A stretch of DNA of 64,000 nucleotides, from assembly GCA_964571275.1 (NCBI GenBank), contig CAZNCQ010000006.1:4770-68769 (forward strand), read 5' to 3'. The notes under the pieces were generated by a model that was not told the DNA's origin, made no database searches, and worked only from the letters and a program-made list of their open reading frames with translations. Position numbers and translations under genes: made by a program. The stretch is from an uncultured Myxococcales bacterium (GTDB lineage Bacteria; Myxococcota_A; Polyangia; Fen-1088). Below are positions 9,204 through 16,016 of the stretch, piece by piece (within the stretch, counting starts at the first letter, position 1; each line of letters starts with the position of its first letter).

Positions 9204-10433
9204 TCAGTTCCCGCGCCTGATCTCGGGCGGGTGAAAATGGATCGCGAACGTGTGAGCCACGCGATCCTCGCACGCGATCACGCCGGTTTTCAGATCGACG
9301 CTGCGGGGCACCGGTGTGCGGCGCTCTTCGTAGAACGCGTGATAGCCCCGCTCGGCGAGCGTGTCCAGCAGCATGTCGACCGAGGCCGGCTCTCGAAACA
9401 GAGGGCTGTCGGTCTTCACGATGCATCGCCCGGCGAGAGCGTGACGGACGATGACGGGCACGACCTCGTCCTCGATGAAGGTCGCGACCTCCCTGAACCT
9501 GGCGGGAGCGGCGTGCTCGTACGCGTCGAGGCGGCGCACCAGCTCCTGGCGAGCGTGGCGCGTCACCTCGGACACGAGGGGGATGTGGTGGATGATGTCG
9601 TACGTCTGATGGCCGAGCTCGAGGGAGCTCTGGTACTGGAACTCCGCGATGATGCTGCGCTCGACGTCGGCCAGCGCAGCGTCCGCGTTGATGAAGTGGT
9701 AGTGGAAGTGACGGCGCAGGCTCGTGAGCGCCTCGTACGTGCGTTCCTTGAACGTGCGGTACCGGTTGCGCGCCAGCTGCTCGTCGACGTCGGTGGGACG
9801 CAGCTGGACGAGATCGCCCACGCCCGTTCGCTGGACCTGCTCGTTATGGGCGAGGATCTCGTGTCCGCGCCGGAGCTGCCGCTCGATCGACGTCTGCTCG
9901 CCGACGAAGAGCACGGTGATGCGGAAGATCGGACGCCGGAAGCGCATGCCGAGAGGCGTCCCCCAGTACTTCGCGCGCAGCTGCATGATCTGGTCGTGCA
10001 GCAACTTGACGGCCTCGGCCTGGACGCCCGTGCGAGGGAATCCGTCGATGACGACGCCGGTCTGATACTGGGGCTCGAGCACCTCGCGCAGCAGTGCCTG
10101 GATGACCTCCCGGTCACCGACGAACTGGCCGCGATCCTTGAGCGCGCGCATGGCCGGTGTTTCGAGCAGATCGCTGACCACGATCGGTGGCGCGGTCAGC
10201 CCTCGCTCGCGCAGGATGAACGGTGTGTTGGTGCCCTTGCCCGACCCAGGAGCGCCGCCCAGCCACATGATCTCCTTGGGGAAGGCCATCCCCTCGAGCC
10301 CGCGTTCCTGGACCAGCTGGTTCCAGACTTGCTCGAAGATCAAGGGCGCGTCTTTGATCTCGAGCTCGGGCCCGGCGGTGCGGCCCGCGGCGACGTCGGC
10401 GACCCCGTGCGGCTGGGATTTTTCTTCGGACAT
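9204..10433 (-). CDS. adenylate kinase-like P-loop NMP kinase with unknown ~140-aa C-terminal extension
   Basis: P-loop GGAPGSGKGT and adenylate-kinase-like blocks (VVIDGFPRT, RPTDVDE...RYRTF). Residues ~270-409 have no recognisable motif. Confidence 0.7.
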   Translation of the reverse strand: MSEEKSQPHGVADVAAGRTAGPELEIKDAPLIFEQVWNQLVQERGLEGMAFPKEIMWLGGAPGSGKGTNTPFILRERGLTAPPIVVSDLLETPAMRALKDRGQFVGDREVIQALLREVLEPQYQTGVVIDGFPRTGVQAEAVKLLHDQIMQLRAKYWGTPLGMRFRRPIFRITVLFVGEQTSIERQLRRGHEILAHNEQVQRTGVGDLVQLRPTDVDEQLARNRYRTFKERTYEALTSLRRHFHYHFINADAALADVERSIIAEFQYQSSLELGHQTYDIIHHIPLVSEVTRHARQELVRRLDAYEHAAPARFREVATFIEDEVVPVIVRHALAGRCIVKTDSPLFREPASVDMLLDTLAERGYHAFYEERRTPVPRSVDLKTGVIACEDRVAHTFAIHFHPPEIRRGN

Positions 10434-10493
10434 GGCTGGGCAGGTTAGGAAATGCGCGACACCGGGTCGAGCCCGATCGCGCTCGCGACGCGC

Positions 10494-11405
10494 TCAGAAG
10501 TATCCGGTCGCGCCGATCGCCCCAACCGTGATGGGCGCCATGATGGCGGCACCGGCCGGCGTGGGGTGAACGCCGTCGGCGGTGTCGGCGGTGTTGGTCG
10601 GATCGAAGGTACTGTCGTAGTGGTCGATGATGTAAATCGGCGAGGTCGCCGTCGAGTTGGTCGACGCCCAGCTCGGCGTCAGCGCGGCGGCCAGTGCTCC
10701 CACGTTGGCGAGACAGGTCGTGCAACCGGCTGGACTCAGCTTGATGATCTTCGAGACGAAGAAGATGACGTTCGGGTTCTGCTTGCGGAACTCGGCGATC
10801 ACGGCGAGATAGGCCGACAGGATCGTCGAGGTGCCGATGCCGTCCCAGACATCGTTGGTTCCGTAGTGCATGAGAACGATGTCGGGCTTCTCGGCGGCCC
10901 AGCTTTGCAACTCGGCGTAGCTTCCGCACCCGGTGGTCTTCGTGCAAGCAGAGCGAGTGCTGTCCTGGGGAAGGTACGTCACGCCGTAGCCCGCGTGTCC
11001 CTCGTCCTTGACCGAGCTCGGGGCGCCGGCCAGGCAGGACTGGTTCGTGGTCTCCATCCCCACGAACTGGAAGTTGGTGTGACCGCCTGCCTGCAGTTGC
11101 TGGTACGTGGCCTGAGGGTAGCAGGTCGACTCGGTCACCGAATCGCCCAGCATCATGACATTCCAGACCCCGGTGTGGTTGGTCCCTCCAACCCCGGGAG
11201 CGCCACCGGTTGCCGCCATTCCGCCCGCGCCAACCGCTCCGCCGGATCCCGTCGCGCCGCCGCTCGACGCGTCGCCGGCCGGCGAACCACCCGCGCCCGA
11301 GCCACCGGTTCCCGAGCTTCCCGAACCAGGCCCGCTACTGCAGGCCGCGGCGAGGACGAGCGCCCCAGCGAGCGAGATGTACGACAGGGAGAGACGGCAT
11401 GTCAT
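10494..11405 (-). CDS. SGNH/GDSL esterase lipoprotein
   Basis: Lipobox LAAACSS with a Gly/Ser/Ala linker. SGNH blocks are present: MLGDSVTE, HAGYGV, MHYGTNDV, DGVHPT. Confidence 0.75.
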   Translation of the reverse strand: MTCRLSLSYISLAGALVLAAACSSGPGSGSSGTGGSGAGGSPAGDASSGGATGSGGAVGAGGMAATGGAPGVGGTNHTGVWNVMMLGDSVTESTCYPQATYQQLQAGGHTNFQFVGMETTNQSCLAGAPSSVKDEGHAGYGVTYLPQDSTRSACTKTTGCGSYAELQSWAAEKPDIVLMHYGTNDVWDGIGTSTILSAYLAVIAEFRKQNPNVIFFVSKIIKLSPAGCTTCLANVGALAAALTPSWASTNSTATSPIYIIDHYDSTFDPTNTADTADGVHPTPAGAAIMAPITVGAIGATGYF

Positions 11406-11468
11406 GGGATGAAGACCTCCAAGGCCGCGATGATCGCATCATCTGACGAAAGGGAGAAGTCTCCCCCG

Positions 11469-11933
11469 TCAGTACTCGGCCTTGATCACGAAGTACGATC
11501 CTCGGATGGTACCGGCCAGCTTCGACTTCTGCCTCGCAAACTTGAAGCGGGGCGCGAGCTCGGCGGGGATTTCCATCCCGTCGGAGAGCTTGAATCCGAC
11601 GGCCCGCTTCTTCTCGTCATCGATCGTGTACATCACGTTGATCGAGAGGCCGCTCTCGTAGAACACGTACGCGATGCGGATGTTCTCGACCTGAAACTCC
11701 GTCGCCTCGAGGGGGCGGGACTGGATGACGAGGTCGCGTTCCTCTTTCAGGATGCGGTGGACCCAATCGATCGTCTTTCCGGCCGTGCTCGCCGGTTCGA
11801 CCGCGAAGACGTGGCGATATTTGTTCTTGAAATAGCGAGCCTCGTTGGCGCGCAAGCCCGCGAGCGCGCTCGCCACCGGGGACGACTCGAGCCCGACCGT
11901 CGACACGTTGCTGAAGTCCACTTCGTATGCCAT
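11469..11933 (-). CDS. hypothetical protein (low-GC3 orphan)
   Basis: ATG at 11933 with GAGGAG 4 nt upstream. 154 aa, beta-rich, no signal peptide. A/T-ending codons are visibly more frequent than in neighbouring genes. Confidence 0.55.
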   Translation of the reverse strand: MAYEVDFSNVSTVGLESSPVASALAGLRANEARYFKNKYRHVFAVEPASTAGKTIDWVHRILKEERDLVIQSRPLEATEFQVENIRIAYVFYESGLSINVMYTIDDEKKRAVGFKLSDGMEIPAELAPRFKFARQKSKLAGTIRGSYFVIKAEY

Positions 11934-12023
11934 GGCGCTCCTCTCGGTCCGGCTCGACTGCCGGTCTGCGCTGAATGTAGCCGGCACGTCGACGGCCTGA
12001 AAAGCGCTTTGGAAGGCTCCGCG

Positions 12024-12308
12024 TTAGCCGACCGACGGAGCCGCGGGGAGCTCGCCGAGGAGCACGCGCGGCGTCAAGCCCGCGAGCGCGCGGAACTCGG
12101 CGACGAGGTGCGCCTGGTCGCAGTCGCCGGCGGCGCCGAGCGCTTCCTCCTCGCGCTCGAAGGTCTCGACGTGCGCGTGCTTCGGCTGCCCTTTTTATGG
12201 CGACGGCGATCCGCACATCGCGGAGGCGATCCCGATGATGCGCGACGCAGACGCGATCGCCGCTGGCGCATAGATAGACGAGCATCCCTCGGTGACGCGG
12301 CGCTTGAC
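12024..12308 (-). pseudogene. AraC/XylS-family HTH domain remnant (C-terminal half only, in-frame stop)
   Basis: The frame reads VKRRVTEGCSSIYAPAAIASASRIIGIASAMCGSPSP*KGQPKHAHVETFEREEEALGAAGDCDQAHLVAEFRALAGLTPRVLLGEL. It is colinear with the two AraC HTH units (…A..G.SP… and G..DQ.H..reFr...G.TP). There is an in-frame TAA at 12195-12197, and no start codon or N-terminal domain. Confidence 0.45.
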
Positions 12309-12338
12309 TCAGGCCTCGGCGACGATGAAAAATGGCTT

Positions 12339-12992
12339 ATGATCGAGGCGAAGCTCCTTGTTGGTAGGTTCTTGCAGATCACCACCGCGCCCACGAGGCC
12401 CATGCGCGGCGTGCCTCCCATCTTTGACATCGTCGTATGTCCTCCGTTGACGATCCAGGAGTCGACCCGGTTTGCGGGTCCCCTCGGCGGTCACTTCGGC
12501 CAAAAGGCGAGCGCCGTGGTTCCGGGCGCAAACCCAAACCCAGGCAAGATTCACCGCAACCTGAAATGGTTGCCGTATTACGAGGGTGATATTTCGGCAA
12601 CGACCCAGACCTGCGACGTCCTCACCGGCCCCATGTCTGGCTGCCCACTGGTTCGTTATCTACATGCGGGTCAAATCCACGTCGGACACATAGGCACCGT
12701 CCTCGGCCAGGTTGCCGTGAACGCCGCTGTGACGGGTCTTTGGAATGCTTTCGCCCTGGCAAATCCGGGCAGCGTTCTCGGAGGGTTCAATCCGTTTGGT
12801 GCCGGCGTTCCCTTGCCTCCGGCGGCCATTGGACAGGACAGTGTCGCCCGGATCTGGGGCCTCATCACCACGGCCGGAGGGTTCTTCTCGGTCCAGGTCT
12901 ACCAGCAGCTCAATCAGGCCAACTACTACCGGGTGGCGGCCGTCCACGCGGTGCCGTCGATGACGTTGGCCCAGCTTCAGGCTCTTCACTAG
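12339..12992 (+). CDS. hypothetical protein with Cys/His enzyme-like motif (low-GC3 orphan)
   Basis: This is the only plausible part of the chimeric 10452..12992 ORF. 217 aa from ATG 12339 (alternative start 12402). It has many A/T-ending codons (ggt, cct, tat, gat, att, caa, ata, aat). Motif TGPMSGCPLVRYLHAGQIHVGHIGT. Its stop overlaps the stop of the convergent gene (CTAG at 12989-12992). Confidence 0.55.
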   Translation: MIEAKLLVGRFLQITTAPTRPMRGVPPIFDIVVCPPLTIQESTRFAGPLGGHFGQKASAVVPGANPNPGKIHRNLKWLPYYEGDISATTQTCDVLTGPMSGCPLVRYLHAGQIHVGHIGTVLGQVAVNAAVTGLWNAFALANPGSVLGGFNPFGAGVPLPPAAIGQDSVARIWGLITTAGGFFSVQVYQQLNQANYYRVAAVHAVPSMTLAQLQALH

Positions 12993-13780
12993 CGTCGCGC
13001 CGTGGATCGCGGTCGTTGGGCGACGTCCAGGACCCGCTCGGCGACCAGCACCTGCAACGTCGCCCGCTCGTGTCCGGCGGTGCGCAGCGCCGCGACACAG
13101 ACCGGTGTCGCGCACGTCGCCCAGATCTGAACCTCGCCGGCCTCGGCCTCGCGCAGGACGCCGGAGATGGCGGGCGCGAGCAGCACTTCGATCTCCCCTT
13201 CCGCGTCGGGCACCAGTCGCGCCGCCGTCACGTCGTCGGCGGAGCCTGCTCCCGCGTTCATTGCGGCCGCGACGGAGGTCGGCACGCGCAGCAGCGTCGC
13301 ATCCTCACCGCGGACCAAGGCGGTGTCATCGCTGAGCGAGGCCGGATCGGTCGTCTGCGCCGGTGCTCGCTGCGCACGCTGAACGGCTTGCTCGATCCGG
13401 CAGATGACCGCGGTCGTCGAGCCCGCGGGAACCTGCCCGGCAATGTAATCGAGCAGGACGTCCGCCTCGGTGGCGAAGAACGACTCCGTGCCTCCGCCAC
13501 GCTCGACCCAGCCCTTGACCAGGGTCCGCCGTTCGTGCGGCGGCAAGGTTCCGAGGGTCACCCGGGCCGCGTTCAACGTCCGCAGCTCGCACCACGACCG
13601 TTGCACCTCGACCATGAATCGAAATCCGGGGTTGCCCGACAAGCGATGGAAGAACGCGGCTTCCCGCGCGGACAGGGCGGGGGCGGACTCGTCCGACGGG
13701 CGTGCCTCGAGATCCTCCAGCGCCGGAATGCGCCGTTCGCGAACCGCCGTTCCGAGGAGCCTCTGAAACCGGCTCAGCAT
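12989..13780 (-). CDS. MNIO partner protein (MbnC/TglI/DUF2063-type position), function inferred from context
   Basis: 263 aa. Its ATG overlaps the stop of the upstream DUF692 gene (ATGCTGA at 13780-13774). The N-terminal helical region (…AAFFHRLSGNPGFRFMVEVQRSWCELRTLNAARVTLGTLPP…) is loosely reminiscent of DUF2063-type partners. The assignment rests mainly on position. Confidence 0.6.
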   Translation of the reverse strand: MLSRFQRLLGTAVRERRIPALEDLEARPSDESAPALSAREAAFFHRLSGNPGFRFMVEVQRSWCELRTLNAARVTLGTLPPHERRTLVKGWVERGGGTESFFATEADVLLDYIAGQVPAGSTTAVICRIEQAVQRAQRAPAQTTDPASLSDDTALVRGEDATLLRVPTSVAAAMNAGAGSADDVTAARLVPDAEGEIEVLLAPAISGVLREAEAGEVQIWATCATPVCVAALRTAGHERATLQVLVAERVLDVAQRPRSTARR

Positions 13781-14736
13781 TCGGCGGTTCCGCGCGCAAC
13801 GATCACGTCGGCTCCCGATCGGCGTCGATACCGGTGCCAGATCTCCCGCGCGCGTTCGAGCTCCCGGCCGATCAGCTTCGGCCCCAGGCGGGGAGCCGCT
13901 TCGTCGAGCACCTCGAACACCACGCCCGCGACGTTCGGTGCTCGGGGCAACACGTCTTCCAGCAGTCTCCAGACCGGCTCAGGAACGCCGGCGTTATGGC
14001 CGTCCATGTAGAACCCATCCCGCCAGGAGCCCCCGGCCACGTGAATCTCCAGCACGCGTTCGAGCCGCACACCCTGGAGAAGACTCGCGACGTCGATGCC
14101 GAAGTTGACCGCATTGCAATACAGGTTGTGCAAGTCCAGCAGCTGCCAGCAGCGGCCCCGTTCGACGATCGCGTTCATGAGGCCGATCTCCCCCTGGATC
14201 TCGTCGTCGAATGGAAGATCGAACAGGTAGTGCGCGGGGTTCTCGAGCAGGAAAGGGACGCCGTACCGATCGCAAAGCCCCGCCGCCCGCGGCGCCACCA
14301 GGTCGACGGCCTCGCGCGTGCTCGGCAGCGGCAGCGGAACACCGACGGACACGAAGTCCCGCGTCGAGGCCCCCGCCGGGCAGGCAGGCGGGACGGTTTG
14401 AAAGCCAAGGTGCTCGCTGTGCCATTGAAATGGCCACATCTTCCAGAACCGATCGAGCATGTCGATGTAAGCGTCGTTCCAGCCTTCGGCGGAGCCGATT
14501 GAAAGCTCCACGCCGTGGATCACAATCTGCAAACCGTCGCACGTCTGGCGAGCCCGCTCGACGTGCGACGGGATCAGATCCAACGCTCTTTGTCCCCCTA
14601 CCCGACGCTCGCGGCACAGCGACTCCGGCGTGACCTCGACGAAGTCGATCAATCCGGAGCGATAGATCTCCGGTGGAAGGTCAGCGATGTACGGGAAGCC
14701 GACGCCGCTGATGGAGATGGAGGACGCGTTCACCAT
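13774..14736 (-). CDS. DUF692 / multinuclear non-heme iron oxidase (MNIO; MbnB/TglH/HvfB/BufB family)
   Basis: 320 aa from ATG 14736. Family motif series present: FVEVTPES, VIHGVELSIGS, WHSEHLGF, FLLENPAHY, LLDLHNLYCNAVNFG, EIHVAGG...FYMDGHNAGVPEPVWRLLE. Confidence 0.9.
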   Translation of the reverse strand: MVNASSISISGVGFPYIADLPPEIYRSGLIDFVEVTPESLCRERRVGGQRALDLIPSHVERARQTCDGLQIVIHGVELSIGSAEGWNDAYIDMLDRFWKMWPFQWHSEHLGFQTVPPACPAGASTRDFVSVGVPLPLPSTREAVDLVAPRAAGLCDRYGVPFLLENPAHYLFDLPFDDEIQGEIGLMNAIVERGRCWQLLDLHNLYCNAVNFGIDVASLLQGVRLERVLEIHVAGGSWRDGFYMDGHNAGVPEPVWRLLEDVLPRAPNVAGVVFEVLDEAAPRLGPKLIGRELERAREIWHRYRRRSGADVIVARGTAEC

Positions 14737-14737
14737 C

Positions 14738-14953
14738 TCAACGAGCGAGTGCTCCGGTCTCGAACGAGATGACGTTTTCCTTGGACAGGTCCGGCGGCGG
14801 ATCGCCGAGGAATTCGACCTGCAGACGCATGACGCGACCACAGTGCCCACAGCCGGCGATTTTCGTGATCTGCGCAACCACCTGGGTGAGCGCCTCCAAT
14901 GTTTGTCCTTTGGGGTTCAAGGTCGCGGCGGTGAAATGTGCCTGGTTTGACAT
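14738..14953 (-). CDS. candidate RiPP precursor peptide (71 aa, central AGCGHCG motif)
   Basis: ATG 14953 with GGAGG 4 nt upstream. The stop TGA lies 1 nt before the MNIO ATG (TGAgATG). Sequence: MSNQAHFTAATLNPKGQTLEALTQVVAQITKIAGCGHCGRVMRLQVEFLGDPPPDLSKENVISFETGALAR. No signal peptide and only two Cys. Confidence 0.6.
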   Translation of the reverse strand: MSNQAHFTAATLNPKGQTLEALTQVVAQITKIAGCGHCGRVMRLQVEFLGDPPPDLSKENVISFETGALAR

Positions 14954-15055
14954 GGGTCCTCCATTCGTTGACGATTGATTCCGCTTGAAACGGCAGAACG
15001 TTCACGATGACAAACGGCCTCAAGACCCATTCTTCCCTGGTCGCGAGCGGTCGTT

Positions 15056-15982
15056 GTGCGTCTGACCAGCCGCGAACGGCGTTCTGGCTTGCGTCTGAGC
15101 CGCGACGCAAAGGCGCTGCAGGACTTGTTTCACGAATCGTCCTGGGCGCGCGCATTTCTGCGTGCGGCCGTTGGGCTCACGCCGCCTCCCACAGCGACGC
15201 TTTTCCATGTGCCTGGCGCCGAGGCTTACTTCACGCGCCCTGAAACGCGAACCCTGTCCCGCGCGGCACGACGGCGGTTGCGCAAACGGCCGATTGCTCC
15301 TGACTTTTGGTCCCACGCACACGGATCATGTCTTGTTTACGCGCGGGTGCTGTCATTGCTGGAGCCGGAACGGAACGCTCCCCTCCCGGCGCGCATCCTG
15401 GACTTTGGTTGTGGAGCGGGCGCCCAACTTCGGGCGCTCGCGCGCAACCGGGCTGTGAAGGACGCGTGCGGCGTTGAGGTATCACCTCTGTTTCAGAAGC
15501 TTTACGATCAGTGGTTCGAGCGGATCCGCGAGGTCCCTCCTGTTTGGCGCGCCGGCCGTTGCCGGGTTGTCGGTGGTCGGTTCCCTGCAGATCCCGTCGT
15601 TGTGCGCGCTATCGAGGGTCCGTTCGATCTGGCCATCGCGAAGAACGTGCTCAAGCGCGGGTGCCTGCGCCCGGGCCGCGGACTGCAGCCCCACACCGCG
15701 CTCGGCATGTCGAGCGCCGCCTTTCTGCGCGCGATACGCGGCTCGTTGCGCCCCGGTGGACAATTCGCCGTCTATAACCTCTATCCCACGTCGACGACCA
15801 GAACACCCTGGGCCTGGCGAGGGCCACCCTTCGCCCGTCGAACGTGGAGCAGGGCCGGATTCGAACTGCTTCACTACGAGGTCGACGACTCGGTGGCGGC
15901 GCGCGCCATCGCACGTGCGCTTCGCTGGCCCAACGCCATTGGAACGTCGGCGGCGTTCACCCTCGCCCGCAGGAGCGACTGA
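15056..15982 (+). CDS. class I SAM-dependent methyltransferase
   Basis: Motif I ILDFGCGAGAQ, post-I DACGVEVS, and motif IV/V-like FDLAIAKNVL...LRPGGQFAV. GTG start at 15056 is uncertain. The gene is divergent from the MNIO operon. Confidence 0.75.
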   Translation: MRLTSRERRSGLRLSRDAKALQDLFHESSWARAFLRAAVGLTPPPTATLFHVPGAEAYFTRPETRTLSRAARRRLRKRPIAPDFWSHAHGSCLVYARVLSLLEPERNAPLPARILDFGCGAGAQLRALARNRAVKDACGVEVSPLFQKLYDQWFERIREVPPVWRAGRCRVVGGRFPADPVVVRAIEGPFDLAIAKNVLKRGCLRPGRGLQPHTALGMSSAAFLRAIRGSLRPGGQFAVYNLYPTSTTRTPWAWRGPPFARRTWSRAGFELLHYEVDDSVAARAIARALRWPNAIGTSAAFTLARRSD

Positions 15983-16016
15983 GCCGGACGCTTTCTCCCG
16001 AGCTCAAAGAACGCGA

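Noticed and set aside
10452-12992. 846-aa plus-strand ORF spanning the SGNH esterase and the 154-aa gene on the opposite strand
   Set aside because: Most of it is an Arg/Gly/Asp/Ala-rich shadow frame antisense to well-supported genes, which is typical of a high-GC genome. Only the last 217 codons, which have different codon usage and a sensible composition, look coding.
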